Shown here piece after piece: positions 26,480-37,799 of a DNA stretch of 64,000 nt (its first letter is position 1; each line of letters starts with the position of its first letter). A program made the translations under genes and the position numbers. The notes under the pieces were generated by a model. It searched no databases and was not told the DNA's origin. It saw only the letters and a program-made list of their open reading frames with translations. Source of the DNA: Octopus vulgaris. Taxonomy: Eukaryota. Location of the stretch: contig OX597816.1 in NCBI GenBank assembly GCA_951406725.2, positions 120,714,001 through 120,778,000 on the forward strand. Direction: 5' to 3'.

Positions 26480-26890
26480 TCAAAGGCGAGGGTCTTCCAG
26501 CGACCCTTAGCGCCCTCCGAATCTCTTAACGCCCCACTAGTGCCCCTTTGCTGCAAAATGCCTCCCTCGAGCTCCAAATCCCCCTCCCCCATTTTTTCAT
26601 TTCATATAGTCTGTTTACGTTTGCTTTAGGGTGTAGCGACCCATGCAGCGTCATCAACTTTCTCGTCCTTCTATCCAGTGTTGATATTTCCTCCTTAGTC
26701 CATTTGAGGATGAACATGCTATATCTGACCACCGCAACTGCCCAGATATTCTTTGCTTTAATCAAATTTTTGGCATTTTGGTTGGATTTCAAAACCATCT
26801 TTATCCTTTTTTGATACGCCTCGCTGACCTTGACTTTCATTTCGCTGTGTAGAATGACATCCAGCTCCAAGATCCCTAAATATCGTCGGG
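26480..26890 (-). mobile_element. R4/Dong-clade non-LTR retrotransposon fragment (RT thumb region)
   Basis: RYLGILELD...VLKSNQNAKNLIKAKNIWAVAVVRYS...WTKEEISTLDRRTRKLMTLHGSLHPKANVNRLY...GRG. Confidence 0.8.
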
Positions 26891-26891
26891 T

Positions 26892-26927
26892 TGTTATTAT
26901 TGTCATCATCATCATCATATTATTATG

Positions 26928-26995
<68 letters not shown>
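26892..26995. repeat. (TAA)n/(ATC)n microsatellite
   Basis: Direct inspection. Confidence 0.95.
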
Positions 26996-26996
<1 letters not shown>

Positions 26997-28022
26997 GACG
27001 TCGCACAGTATACAATATCGTGAGGTTGTTGATTGAAGCTATTGTGTCTAGCGGGTGTTTTTACTGTCTGTCAAGTCACAAGGACCTCACATAGACAGTA
27101 CTTTACGCAATATGCGTGCAGTTCCAAGTAATGCAGACTTTTGCAATACATCTAGATTGTAAGTAATCTCTAAGGTTTTCAGATTTTTCTTTTTTTTAGA
27201 TTGGGTTGCATTGAACCCGATACTCCGATGACAATAGGGATAACCTTTATATTCGACTCTCGTAGCTGCCACATCTTAGCAATCTCAATTCTCAGGTCCC
27301 CATATTTATCAGTCTTTTCTCTTTCTTTCATGATGATATGCTGACCTCCTGGCACTGCCACGCCAGTTATTAGGCACTCTTGTTTGTCCTTCCTAAAGGT
27401 TACTATATCCGGCCTTCGATGCTCTAATACCTTATCTATCTAGAAGTCAAAGTCCCAGAGGAGCTTTGCGTTCCCCTTTTTGTCCATTACCTTTTCCGGT
27501 GTATGTTGGTACCAAGTACTCGTTATGTCGTATCCATACTTCCTGCATAGTAGCCAGTGGAGGTTTTGGGCTACCTTGTCGAGTCTGGGCTTGTACTCTT
27601 TCTGTACAAGACTTTAACAAGCACTAACAATGTGAGTCGCGCTTTCGACCCTCTTCCCACACATTCGACAGAAGTTCGTTGCACTTGTATGGTATATATC
27701 CCTTTTCACTTAGTTGGTATTCAATGCCTGATCCTGAGCAGCGATGATTAGGCTTTCAGTATTCTTTCTTGGGTCACCCTTGCTGAGCCACCTTCATGAT
27801 GCTTTCTGGGTTTTTTTAATGTTATTATCACGGTGGTTCTGACCATGTAATTCCATTCAGAGTAGGGTTTCTTCTCTCTCGTTGGCTATTCATGATCGGA
27901 ATTCGTGAGCACTCTCAGGTCCATTTTTGGTAAATCTTTCTGCATTAACAGCATACTGTAACAGGTCTTGTTTGCTGTTTACCAAATATTCTGTCATGTT
28001 TCTTCTTTCACTGTTGATACAC
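26996..28022 (-). mobile_element. R4/Dong-clade retrotransposon 3' fragment (CCHC + RLE endonuclease), decayed
   Basis: CRMC...HIVSAC, LHWLLCRKYG, KLLWDF, HRRPDIV, VAVPG..KEREKTDKYGDL, VIPIVIG, LQKSALLGTARILRKVL. 3' end abuts (TAA)n and 5' end is next to a short TAA run. Confidence 0.85.
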
Positions 28023-28447
28023 TTATTATTATCATTACCGTTCCATTCTGTGGCACATCAGACGGTTTCACTAGCACATTAGTTATTTCGTTTTTTTTTT
28101 CTTTGAGAAGTGGTTGCTAGCATTTTGAACGATCCATTTCCATTTTTATAAAATGGACGCTGTGAGTGATTCTCATAGTCTTCCTTCTATGCATCACAAT
28201 TTGTGTAAGTGTTTGTTTGTTTGTGTGTGTATGTGTGTGTGTATAGAGGGAAGAGAGAGAGGAGACAGACAGACAGACAGACATGCTGAGACAGACAGAG
28301 GCAAGTAAGCAGGCAGACAGAATATTTAATCACCAGTACTGGAACGATATTTCATGGATCCTGAAATGACCTCTGCCGAATTTGAATTTGGAGTGCGGAG
28401 AATCGGAGCATGTACAGCAAGGCGTTCTGTATGATACTTTAACAACG

Positions 28448-28448
<1 letters not shown>

Positions 28449-28527
<79 letters not shown>

Positions 28528-28552
28528 ATATCTATCTATCTATCTATCTATC
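28449..28552 (+). repeat. (TATC)n microsatellite, 5' flank of the LINE
   Basis: About 26 TATC units. Confidence 0.95.
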
Positions 28553-28973
28553 TCTTTTGATAGTATTCGTTGACAGATCGACTCGTAAGTTAACTACTTA
28601 TTTTATTGTGTTTTTTCGAAAAGTTTCGTTGTAAATTTTGCACACGGAGTGTGTAAGACACCCAGCTGTCGTCTGGGTGTGTTTTCCGGAGGGGATTATG
28701 CCCCTAGGGGCATTTTCAGCCTCAAATATGTTTCACAATTTTGGCTGCAATAACTTGTTTTTTTAACATAATGTCGGCGAAGCGTTTCTAGTAAATTACG
28801 AACGCTGTTCTCTTTCTTCTCGTTTGTATCCATTATTTACGTTCCACTTTGTCGTAGTATTGTGACTTTCCAAACGCTCAACTTTCGTTTGAGCCTGTGT
28901 TAAATATAGAAATCGCCCATAAGGGCATTTTCAATCTATTTTTTATTTTTTTCTCTTGAAACAAAAAATAATA

Positions 28974-31054
28974 ATGTCAAGAAATCTTATAGTGGAAAAA
29001 TATTCTGCTATGTTTTCTGAAGAAAACTTTCCCAGTTTGCAAAATACAATCGACAAACGCGCTGACAGTAAAATGGATAATACTCAAACACCACCACCAC
29101 CACCACCACCACCACCACGTCATCCACTACCTCAACTACCAACAACAACAACAATGACAACAAGAATAACAATAATTGCGACACCGTTTCGATATCTGCT
29201 GCCTCGGCTGTCTATTCTGCCACTGACACCACCACCAACAACAAAAACAACAACAACAAGAACTCCGTTCAGACCTGTTTTACTCCAACGACAAAAACTG
29301 AAGTAAATAAACAAAAAACTGTAAAAACCAAACAAATTGTCAAAAGCTGCCCGACTACAGGGATAAATTATGAAAATAATTTTCCACCCCTTCCTACTTG
29401 CACAATCGAACCAAACACACCAATTTTACAAACTGCAGCTAACAACAACATCACCACCAGCAACAACAATAACAAAACAACAACAAATTTCGCTGAGGCG
29501 ATTAAAGAAAAAAAAACAACAATATATTTTACGGCTCAACAAATACAGGACACGAACATTACAATAACAGAATTAGATGGTATAGTGAAGATAAACATAC
29601 CAGAAGACATTTTGGAAGATGAAAAAGAAGAACAATTATTTATAAAATAGTTAACAAAAAAACAAAAAGCCCAGAGAAGGCTAACACAAGCAAAATAGAG
29701 AAGTGCTTGAAACCCATCTGGAATCACAAAGACTATGTGACCTGGTGGAACAAATTTGCCCACATAAAAGTTGTTTTCCACACCGAAGAGTTGGCTAGAC
29801 GTTTCTCAACGCTAACTCTTCACTCAGATGAACTCCAACTTACACCAAGCTATCGGGGACAGAAAGTGACTAAGATCACTTTAAACAATGTCCCCAAAAT
29901 AGCCAATAATCTATGGCTTGTAAAGGCCTTATGCGTAAAAATGACGAATTTTACTATTTTGGAAACCACAGTCACAGAGCATAAAAACTGGGTGGGGAAA
30001 AAAGTAGAATTTCTTCTACATATACATCATGAAGATATAAAAAAAATACCCACCCAGATATGTGTATCAGACAACCACAAGTTATATGTGGTCGTCGATG
30101 GCAGAAGACCACGTTGCTACATATGCGGCAGTGAGCAACACCTAAAAAAGACTGCAAATCTGCCGCAAGAAAACAACAGCAACAACAACAGCAGCCGGAA
30201 AAAAAACAAATAAACAAGGTTTACTACCCACACCACGTTTTGCAGGAACAAACCTCACCAACCAAACAACCACACCAACTGCAGCACCAAGAACAGAAGC
30301 AGCATCACCAAAAACAACAACCAAGAATACACCAACTCCCAAACCAAGGACATCTGCCAAAAAGACACTCAGCAAAAATGAAGAAACAATTACAACTCCA
30401 AATCCCCACAAAATTGAGACCCCAAACAACACAACAATACCTACAATCACTCAAACACAAAATACCCAAACCCCACCTCCAAAACCGCATACACCACAAC
30501 CAAACGCTCACCAACCAACACCAACAACAAAATCGACACAGTCGACAATAGACCCCAATATTTTCCCTCTTCGAGGCTCCGATTCGTCTGATTTGTCATT
30601 AGACGAAGAAGACACGGAAGATTGGCAAATAGCCACAGGGGGAGAAGAAAAAGGGGAAAAAAAGAAAAGAAAAAATAACAAATAAAGCGGGAAGATACAC
30701 CACTCCCGACACAAAAACATCCACAGAAAACAAACACATCAACACAAACACACCATCATCAAACCCCCAACAATGTTGACAGCCATAAACACAAACAACC
30801 ACGACCTAATGGAACACATTAGGTCAAACACCAACATAACTGAAAACGACATAAAAACAAGTAACCACCCACACACAACACCACCACAACACATTAAAAT
30901 AATACACGTAACACAGAACACATACAGCACCCTGAAATCTCTTTACCCTGATGCAGTAGGGAGATTTCAAAAGTATTCATCGAAAAAACTGTACAAAAGC
31001 CTCATAGAAGAAGACCGTGAGGTGAAAGACAAAGGACTTTCGAACAACAAGTAA
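28974..31054 (+). pseudogene. LINE ORF1 (gag-like, CCHC zinc knuckle), frameshifted in this copy or assembly
   Basis: Consecutive open segments linked by -1 shifts. VVDGRRPRCYICGSEQHLKK[DC] knuckle at ~30115-30155, low-complexity T/N/P regions, in-frame TAA at 30683, ends ...GLSNNK*. Confidence 0.75.
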
Positions 31055-31120
31055 CCTTTTCTCTCTCTCTTTCCTTTTTTGCACTTTCTTTTCGTGTGTA
31101 AAACACAATTTTATCGGAAC

Positions 31121-34100
31121 ATGCTCAGAATAGGCAGTATAAATGTACGTGGTTTGGGGTCGCCTTGGAAACAAGGCTACCTGTTAAATGACATCAAATG
31201 GCTAAATCTGAATATCATAGCCATCAGTGAGACCAGACTCCACAGCTTGCGGGCACTTCAGCACATTTTCGGTACACATTTCAACATTTATTTTTCTCCG
31301 TGTCTACCGAGAATGGGCGGAGGTGGCACCGCGGTGCTTATCCGGAAGAGTCTGGATCTCAATGTAAGAGCAAATTTCCTAGACCCGGAGGGTAGGCTGG
31401 TCGTTTTGGATGTCGATGGCAGCAATGAGTGTGCTTTTCGACTGATAGCAGTTTATGCTCCGTCCTTAACAGGCCGACCAGATTTCTTTCGACGTCTAGA
31501 GTCTTTCATGGGAACGTCTCGTCCTTTACTTTTAGTGGGGGATTGGAATGCCACCCTGGACACGCATCTAGACTACGTGGGCAGAGATAGCAATAGAAGG
31601 GGGTGCAAATGCCTCAAAGACCTGCTCAGACGTTTCCAACTGTCTGACAGGTACCGACTGGACCACCCGAATGTGCCAATGTGGACATGGAGTAACCGCA
31701 TCGGGTCGTCCAGATCATACTTAGATAGAGTATTCTGTAGGACAATAGATAAAAATAGTGTAGGTTGTCCACAATTTCATATAGTCAGTTACACAGATCA
31801 CAAGTTTGTGACTTGTACACTTGACTTAGATAAGACACATAGGCAGGGTCCTGGTTACTGGAAACTGAACGCGTCTTTTACAGCACGACAGGTTTACAGG
31901 GACCGGATCAGCACATTAGTTAAGAGAGCTTTGACGGGTACCATCATCAACAACAGATGGTGGTATGCCCTAAATAAAGCAATTAAAGCAGAATCAGTCA
32001 GATACAGTAGAGCCCTAGCATTAGACCGAAATAGAATAGAGGGAGAATTAGTTAAGGTTTTAGAAGAGGCACTTAGAACTGGCATCGCGTCCAACGTGCT
32101 GGCGGCGAGATTGGCCCTCGACCAACACCTCAACGCCAAACACGAAGGATGCGTTGTCAGAGCTAGGATGCGTGCTCTGAGGAACGAAGGAGTTGGAGCC
32201 GCCCAAGAGGCCCGAGTGGTGGAGACGCAACGAGGCAACAGAGCCACCATCAAGTCTCTTATAGATGAACAGGGGCGCGAATTGCTCGAGCCTAAAAGGA
32301 TGTGTGGGGCTTTTCAACAACACTTCACCCAACTGTTTGGGACAAGTGGTGAGTCAGAACGCAGAGTGGACTTTAGTGCCTACCTGCATGCCTTGCCACG
32401 ACTCTCAGCAAGAGAGGTGGAGTCTTGTGAAAAGCCTATCACAGCTGCGGACGTACAGGATGCGATGGTAGGCTGCGCGAGAGACAAGTCACCAGGCTTG
32501 GATGGTCTGCCCTACGAACTTTATTTTCATATGCCAGACTTGTTTGGAGGCGTCTTGGCAGCTGTCTACTGCAACTGGCAGCAGAACGGGAGTATTCCTG
32601 CTTTTGTAAAGCGAGGAGCAGTGGCACTGATCAAGAAAGACCCAAACAAGGGGGACGTCATAGATAATTTCAGGCCCATCACTCTGCTCAACGCAGATTT
32701 GAAAATTTTGGCCAAGGTGTTAGCCGAGAGGTTGGCGCTTGTCATCAAGAAACTAATCGACAAGGCGCAAACATGCGCCGTGCCGGGTAGAAGTATTCAT
32801 GACAACCTCCATCTGATGCGCTACATCATAGACAGGGTAGTTAAAAATCCTGGCATGGGTGGGGCGCTGATCAATTTGGATCAATCAAAAGCCTTCGATA
32901 GGGTAGACCATCACTACTTGGAGGCTGTCCTTAAAGCGGCTGGTTTCGGTCCAGTTTTCCGCGGTTGGATCGATGCCTTATACAGCGGCATCCGCTCAGT
33001 AGTTCGCGTAAATGGTCATCTATCCAGACCTTTTAACATCATGCGTTCGGTTCGTCAGGGATGCCCCCTCTCATCGCTGCTGTATGTACTGACTCTTGAG
33101 CCACTACTGCGGAAACTGGCGACGCTGAGGGGCATCCCACGAGAGCTGGGATGCGGGAGGAGCGTGTCTGCATACGCGGATGACGTCACCGTCATAGTGT
33201 CGAGCTACGAGCACATCGAGCTGGTCGGCGAGACACTAAAAGAATACGAAGCGGTAACGGGAGCAAAAATTAACCGGGAAAAGTCAGTGGGCTTGCGGCT
33301 CGGCACCTGGAGAAGCAAACCCATGCCGTCCAACAGCGTCTCCATCGTGGGACGCTGGACGGACGGACCGGTTAAATTGCTCGGGGTCTGGTTCGGTCCG
33401 GACCTCCAAATGGAGAAGAACTGGGGCGAGATAACGACTAGGGTGGCTACTCTCACCCAGAAATGGGCTGAGAGAAAGCTATCCCTAAAAGGTCGGGCGG
33501 AGGTGGCGAACGCGTACATCGCATCCGTCATCGAGTATCGTCTGACCGTCGTGCCTTGTCCCGACCCTACCATCACCAAACTGGAACGTATACTCTTCCG
33601 CTTCTTGTGGAAGGGAAACGTTCCGATGGTTAGGCGATCCATTTGCTGCCAACACCCGCTAAATGGAGGGCTGGGCATGCCGTGGTTGATGATGCGCAGA
33701 CATGCGCTAAGACTGCGACATCTCCGGCGCTTCATAGACAACGGTGAACAGGTGTGGTCGCCTTTTGTGCGGCGCGCTTTCCCGCAGCTCGTCTCCTTGG
33801 ACGAACTACAGTCATGGATCAAGCAGAGACCGAGGCTAGGCGAATGGCACCGTGAGTGTCGCGTTGCTCTCAAGCAACTCTACCGTCCGGGATCGAACTT
33901 GTGCGACTCCATCACAACAAAGGCATTCTATAGAGGATTAGTGGAGGGGAGGTGCGACGACGAACTCGGGCAGAGTCTGGGCGTCGACGAGGAACACCTG
34001 ACCCGCCTGTTCAGGACAACTTTCGGGCCGGGACCTATGAACAATCACCAAAGATCCCTGGCCTGGCAGTGCTATCGAGAAGCATTACCTGTTCGGGATA

Positions 34101-34558
34101 AGCTCTACAGACACGGTTCCAGACACACTGGACCGACTTGCCTGAGATGCGGTCAGAGCGACGAAACCTTTCTGCACGCACTCGTGCAATGTCCAACCAT
34201 TTCCGACCTGTGGGCTTATGCCGAACGGCTGCTGTCACGTGTGGGACGAATCCGCCTATCGGCCGAGTCTATCGTGAGAATTGCTCCGCCCCCTTCCCTC
34301 AACCGGGAAGGCAAGGCAGTTTTCATCGTACTGGTGGCCATGGTGAAAGAATGTGTGTGGTGGACTCAAGCGAAAGGATTAGAGACAAACACTTACCTCT
34401 CTGGCCAATCGCTCATCAACTTTTTCAAGTACCACTTGAAAAGGAAGGTGAGAATGGAGAGGGAAGTTTTGTCTCGCGAAAGATTCAAAAAAAGATGGGT
34501 GAATGTTGCAAAGATGGTGCGTGCTAGTAACGAAACCATTTTGAGCATCATCCTGTAG
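31121..34558 (+). CDS. LINE ORF2: APE endonuclease + reverse transcriptase + C-terminal Cys/His motif (1145 aa from ATG 31121)
   Basis: SINVRGL, ISETR, VYAP, GDWN, YLDR, TDH (APE); KSPGLDGL, FRPITLLNADLKILAK, LDQSKAFDRVDH, VRQGCPLS, YADD, LLG (RT); CLRC...HALVQC. No internal stops. Confidence 0.97.
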   Translation: MLRIGSINVRGLGSPWKQGYLLNDIKWLNLNIIAISETRLHSLRALQHIFGTHFNIYFSPCLPRMGGGGTAVLIRKSLDLNVRANFLDPEGRLVVLDVDGSNECAFRLIAVYAPSLTGRPDFFRRLESFMGTSRPLLLVGDWNATLDTHLDYVGRDSNRRGCKCLKDLLRRFQLSDRYRLDHPNVPMWTWSNRIGSSRSYLDRVFCRTIDKNSVGCPQFHIVSYTDHKFVTCTLDLDKTHRQGPGYWKLNASFTARQVYRDRISTLVKRALTGTIINNRWWYALNKAIKAESVRYSRALALDRNRIEGELVKVLEEALRTGIASNVLAARLALDQHLNAKHEGCVVRARMRALRNEGVGAAQEARVVETQRGNRATIKSLIDEQGRELLEPKRMCGAFQQHFTQLFGTSGESERRVDFSAYLHALPRLSAREVESCEKPITAADVQDAMVGCARDKSPGLDGLPYELYFHMPDLFGGVLAAVYCNWQQNGSIPAFVKRGAVALIKKDPNKGDVIDNFRPITLLNADLKILAKVLAERLALVIKKLIDKAQTCAVPGRSIHDNLHLMRYIIDRVVKNPGMGGALINLDQSKAFDRVDHHYLEAVLKAAGFGPVFRGWIDALYSGIRSVVRVNGHLSRPFNIMRSVRQGCPLSSLLYVLTLEPLLRKLATLRGIPRELGCGRSVSAYADDVTVIVSSYEHIELVGETLKEYEAVTGAKINREKSVGLRLGTWRSKPMPSNSVSIVGRWTDGPVKLLGVWFGPDLQMEKNWGEITTRVATLTQKWAERKLSLKGRAEVANAYIASVIEYRLTVVPCPDPTITKLERILFRFLWKGNVPMVRRSICCQHPLNGGLGMPWLMMRRHALRLRHLRRFIDNGEQVWSPFVRRAFPQLVSLDELQSWIKQRPRLGEWHRECRVALKQLYRPGSNLCDSITTKAFYRGLVEGRCDDELGQSLGVDEEHLTRLFRTTFGPGPMNNHQRSLAWQCYREALPVRDKLYRHGSRHTGPTCLRCGQSDETFLHALVQCPTISDLWAYAERLLSRVGRIRLSAESIVRIAPPPSLNREGKAVFIVLVAMVKECVWWTQAKGLETNTYLSGQSLINFFKYHLKRKVRMEREVLSRERFKKRWVNVAKMVRASNETILSIIL

Positions 34559-34859
34559 ATCGTAAAAAAGAAAGAAAGAGAGCATTTTGATCTCATGTGG
34601 TTATTTCCTCCCTGACTGGGGTTCCCGTGGTCTTTTCTGTAGGCTTTTCTTCCCACGGATGAACCCAATCTTGTTATATCAATGTTTATATCATTATTTC
34701 TGTGATACACGATTTCCTTTTTTTCCTTTTTTTCCTCCTCTCGATCCCTTTTGATCGCAATCTTACATTTATTTTCTTTTTTTCCACCCTCGAAAAGAAA
34801 AGCTCTGCATTTGTATTTGTCCCCTCTGTATTCAGCCCTGTGTGGCTAATAAAAGAAAG

Positions 34860-34860
<1 letters not shown>

Positions 34861-34945
<85 letters not shown>

Positions 34946-35245
34946 GTCTGTCTGTCTGTCTGTCTGTATGTATGTATGTCTGTCTGTATGTATGTCTGTC
35001 TGTCTGTCTGCTTGCCTATCTGTCTGTCTGTCTGTTTGCCTGTCTGTCTGTTTGCCTGCCTGTCTGTCTGTCAATGTACTTGTCTGGGTGTCTGCCTCTG
35101 TCTGTCTGTCTATCTACCTATCTATACACACACCACACACACACACACACATACATACATACATACATACATACATACATACATACATACATACATACAT
35201 ACATACATACATACATACATACATACATACATACATACATACATA
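34861..35245 (+). repeat. (TATC)n grading into (TGTC)n and (TACA)n microsatellites, 3' flank of the LINE
   Basis: Direct inspection. Confidence 0.95.
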
Positions 35246-35726
35246 GACAAATGTCACTCCAGCATGGTTTAATTTTTATGTATCCGGCCTTAGCACTGAT
35301 AAGAAGTGCTGATCTATAGTTCACGAACAGATCTCTGCATGCTGCTTCCTTGTGAGATTTGCTTTTGATGCCATCTTCCTTTGGGATTTTGAGCTGGAAG
35401 TCAAGTAGCAGTTGGGATCCAGACAGCTATGATTCACTGACCTTCTTTGGCCTTCGCAAACTAGATACATCTTGAACTGACCCTGTAGCTTTAAATGGTA
35501 CTGGAATTGTACTGAGTGTAGTTCTGAAAAAAAAAAACAAGGAAAATAAATAAATAAAATAATGTGACATAATATTAAATAAAAATCTAATATCATGTAA
35601 ATGCCAAATGAGCTTTTGAATCGCCTTGTGTGTATAGATATGTGCGTGTGTGTGTATTATGCATGTATGTATGTATTTGCGTGACTGGATGTGTGTATAT
35701 ATATATATGTATATATATATAGATAT

Positions 35727-35928
<202 letters not shown>

Positions 35929-35967
35929 TAGATAGATAGATATAGATATATAAATATATATACATAC

Positions 35968-36454
35968 ATATAAATTTTAATAAATAAGGATAAGATCGTT
36001 ATTTAAAATACCGATCATATCAGGTGGCTAGCATGGGAATAAAAACCTCAAAGATAATAATTATTATTAAAATTATAATTAACGGTATCCAATTATAATT
36101 AACGGTATCTAGATATAGCAGCCAAAACGTGACTCTAATACCACATTAAATGTTCATACAGCACCAGGAGAGAAAACAAAGAGACAAAATAAACTAGCAA
36201 AAAAATATATATATTGGATAATTCCAGATCCCGGATTACTGGCTCTGCATAAGAAATGCTTTGCCTTCATCTGTGGAATATGGTTTTAGAGTCAAGTTTG
36301 GGCTGCTGTATCTAGCATGTTGTTATCTCTTAGATACCCTTAATTATAATTTTAATAATAATTATTACCTATGAGGTTTTTATTCCCATGCTAGCCACCT
36401 GATATGATCGGTATTTTAAATAATGATCTTATCCTTATTTATATAAATTTATAT
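35968..36454. repeat. Long inverted repeat (~185-bp arms), probable inverted Penelope pLTR pair
   Basis: 35968-36152 is the reverse complement of 36268-36454 (e.g. ACCGATCATATCAGGTGGCTAGCATGGGAATAAAAACCTCA / TGAGGTTTTTATTCCCATGCTAGCCACCTGATATGATCGGT). Confidence 0.9.
36221..36279 (-). ncRNA. Degenerate type I hammerhead ribozyme
   Basis: Minus strand: ATTCCA-CAGATGA-AGGC...GCCA-GTAA-TCCGGGA-TC-TGGAAT. Stems intact, two core substitutions. Confidence 0.6.
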
Positions 36455-36592
36455 ATTCATTTCGTCATTATATTCACGGCGATGGTATTTTGACTATATC
36501 GCACAGGTGCTTAGGCGGGCAATTTAAACTGGTCATGTGCATACGTGCATATATATGTGTGTATACGTGCGTATAAGTAAGTATTCGTATGT

Positions 36593-36647
<55 letters not shown>

Positions 36648-36665
36648 GTATATATATATATATAT

Positions 36666-37580
36666 AAATGAAAGAATGGAGTCGAACGACGATTTAACAA
36701 AATTCCTTTATTCTCGACATATGTTTCGAAGACTGCATATTCTTAATTCCGAAGGAATAAAGGGTGCATTATGCCGTCTTCTCATCAGGAAAGACAAAGA
36801 ACTTATGTCAGCATCATGACGAACAAAAACTTTTAGATGACTGCCCACACGGAGTCCATAGTGATAATGAGTGTTTCTTTAAAATATTCCGTTATAAGCA
36901 GTGACGTCAAAAATGGTTAGATGGATAAGATTCTAAAAAGTTCAAGAGTTCAAAAATGGTTGGAAGGGGCAGGTTCTAAGAATAGGGGGGTGACAGAATG
37001 CAAGTCGTATGTATGGTGATGCGTTGTTGTTTGCTTTTGCCAATGCGATTGAGTGCCTATGTGTGTGTATGTATATAACTGCATTCGTGTCTATGTGTGT
37101 GTATATGTGTGCGTGATTGTTTGTGTGGGGGGATAAATGCCAAATATATCTAGTGGTGAAGTGACAGGTTTGTGTCTGTGTGTTTGATTGTGCTAATATA
37201 GAGAGAGGGAGAGAGAGAGGGGGAGAGGTAGAGAGACAAAGGTAGAACATACCCCAACGAATTTGGTAGTAGGCCTTCAAGTAATGGAGTATAAAAAAAT
37301 TTTGCCTCTGGTGTTGTTGTAGATGTGGAACCAAATTTTTAAATTCAAGGAGGTTATCTATATTAATCATCATTCATATGAGTGGAAGGTGTGTTTCTGC
37401 CAGTGCATGCACCTATAGGATTTTGTGTTTACTAAAGGGAATTTGGCGAAAAGTGTATAGAAAAGCTCGGAATTACAGACGGCACAATATTTTCTGCCCT
37501 TATCAAAAGGAAAGGATACAGACAATATGGACCATTCCAGCTTGAAAGTTATATTGCTGCCCTTGGTATGTAGCTTCAAC
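36666..37580 (-). mobile_element. Penelope-like element 3' end (GIY-YIG C-terminus + pLTR with hammerhead)
   Basis: FKLEWSILSVSFPFDKGRKYCAVCNSELFYTL...LVNTK..CMH.QKH (37370-37579), then non-coding sequence with a hammerhead, ending in (TA)n. Confidence 0.75.
36711..36792 (-). ncRNA. Type I hammerhead ribozyme
   Basis: Minus strand: TTTC-CTGATGA-GAAGAC-(hairpin)-GTCTTC-GAAA-CATATG-TC-GAGA. Perfect 6-bp stem II, palindromic stem III, GUC site. Confidence 0.88.
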
Positions 37581-37663
37581 CGTGCTCTCTGACGTAAATT
37601 TGCTACCCGGGTATCGGTTAACCGAATTATCCATACTAGGATAAATCATTCAACTACTTAAAC

Positions 37664-37705
<42 letters not shown>

Positions 37706-37738
37706 AAATGTAATATATGACAATTACTCGGTAGCCAT

Positions 37739-37799
37739 GATAAAACTCCGAGTTTCGGATGCCGAGGTGGAAATCCACGCCGCCATCTCTTCAGTTATC
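37739..37799 (-). ncRNA. Type I hammerhead ribozyme
   Basis: Minus strand: GATAA-CTGAAGA-GATG...CATCC-GAAA-CTCGGAG-TT-TTATC. 5-bp stem I, GUU site, stem II with one extra base. Confidence 0.75.

Larger units (their letters stand above)
28553..34860 (+). mobile_element. Full-length Tx1-type (L1 group) LINE inserted in (TATC)n
   Basis: ~420-nt 5' UTR, gag-like ORF1, intact ORF2, ~300-nt 3' UTR ending AATAAAAGAAAGT. (TATC)n on both sides. Confidence 0.92.

Noticed and set aside
31079-31120. TTG-initiated N-terminal extension of ORF2
   Set aside because: APE homology starts at MLRIGSINVRG (ATG 31121); the upstream codons are inter-ORF spacer.
33205-33873. 222-aa antisense ORF and other ORFs overlapping LINE ORF2
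   Set aside because: Shadow frames of a GC-rich coding sequence; no recognisable motifs.
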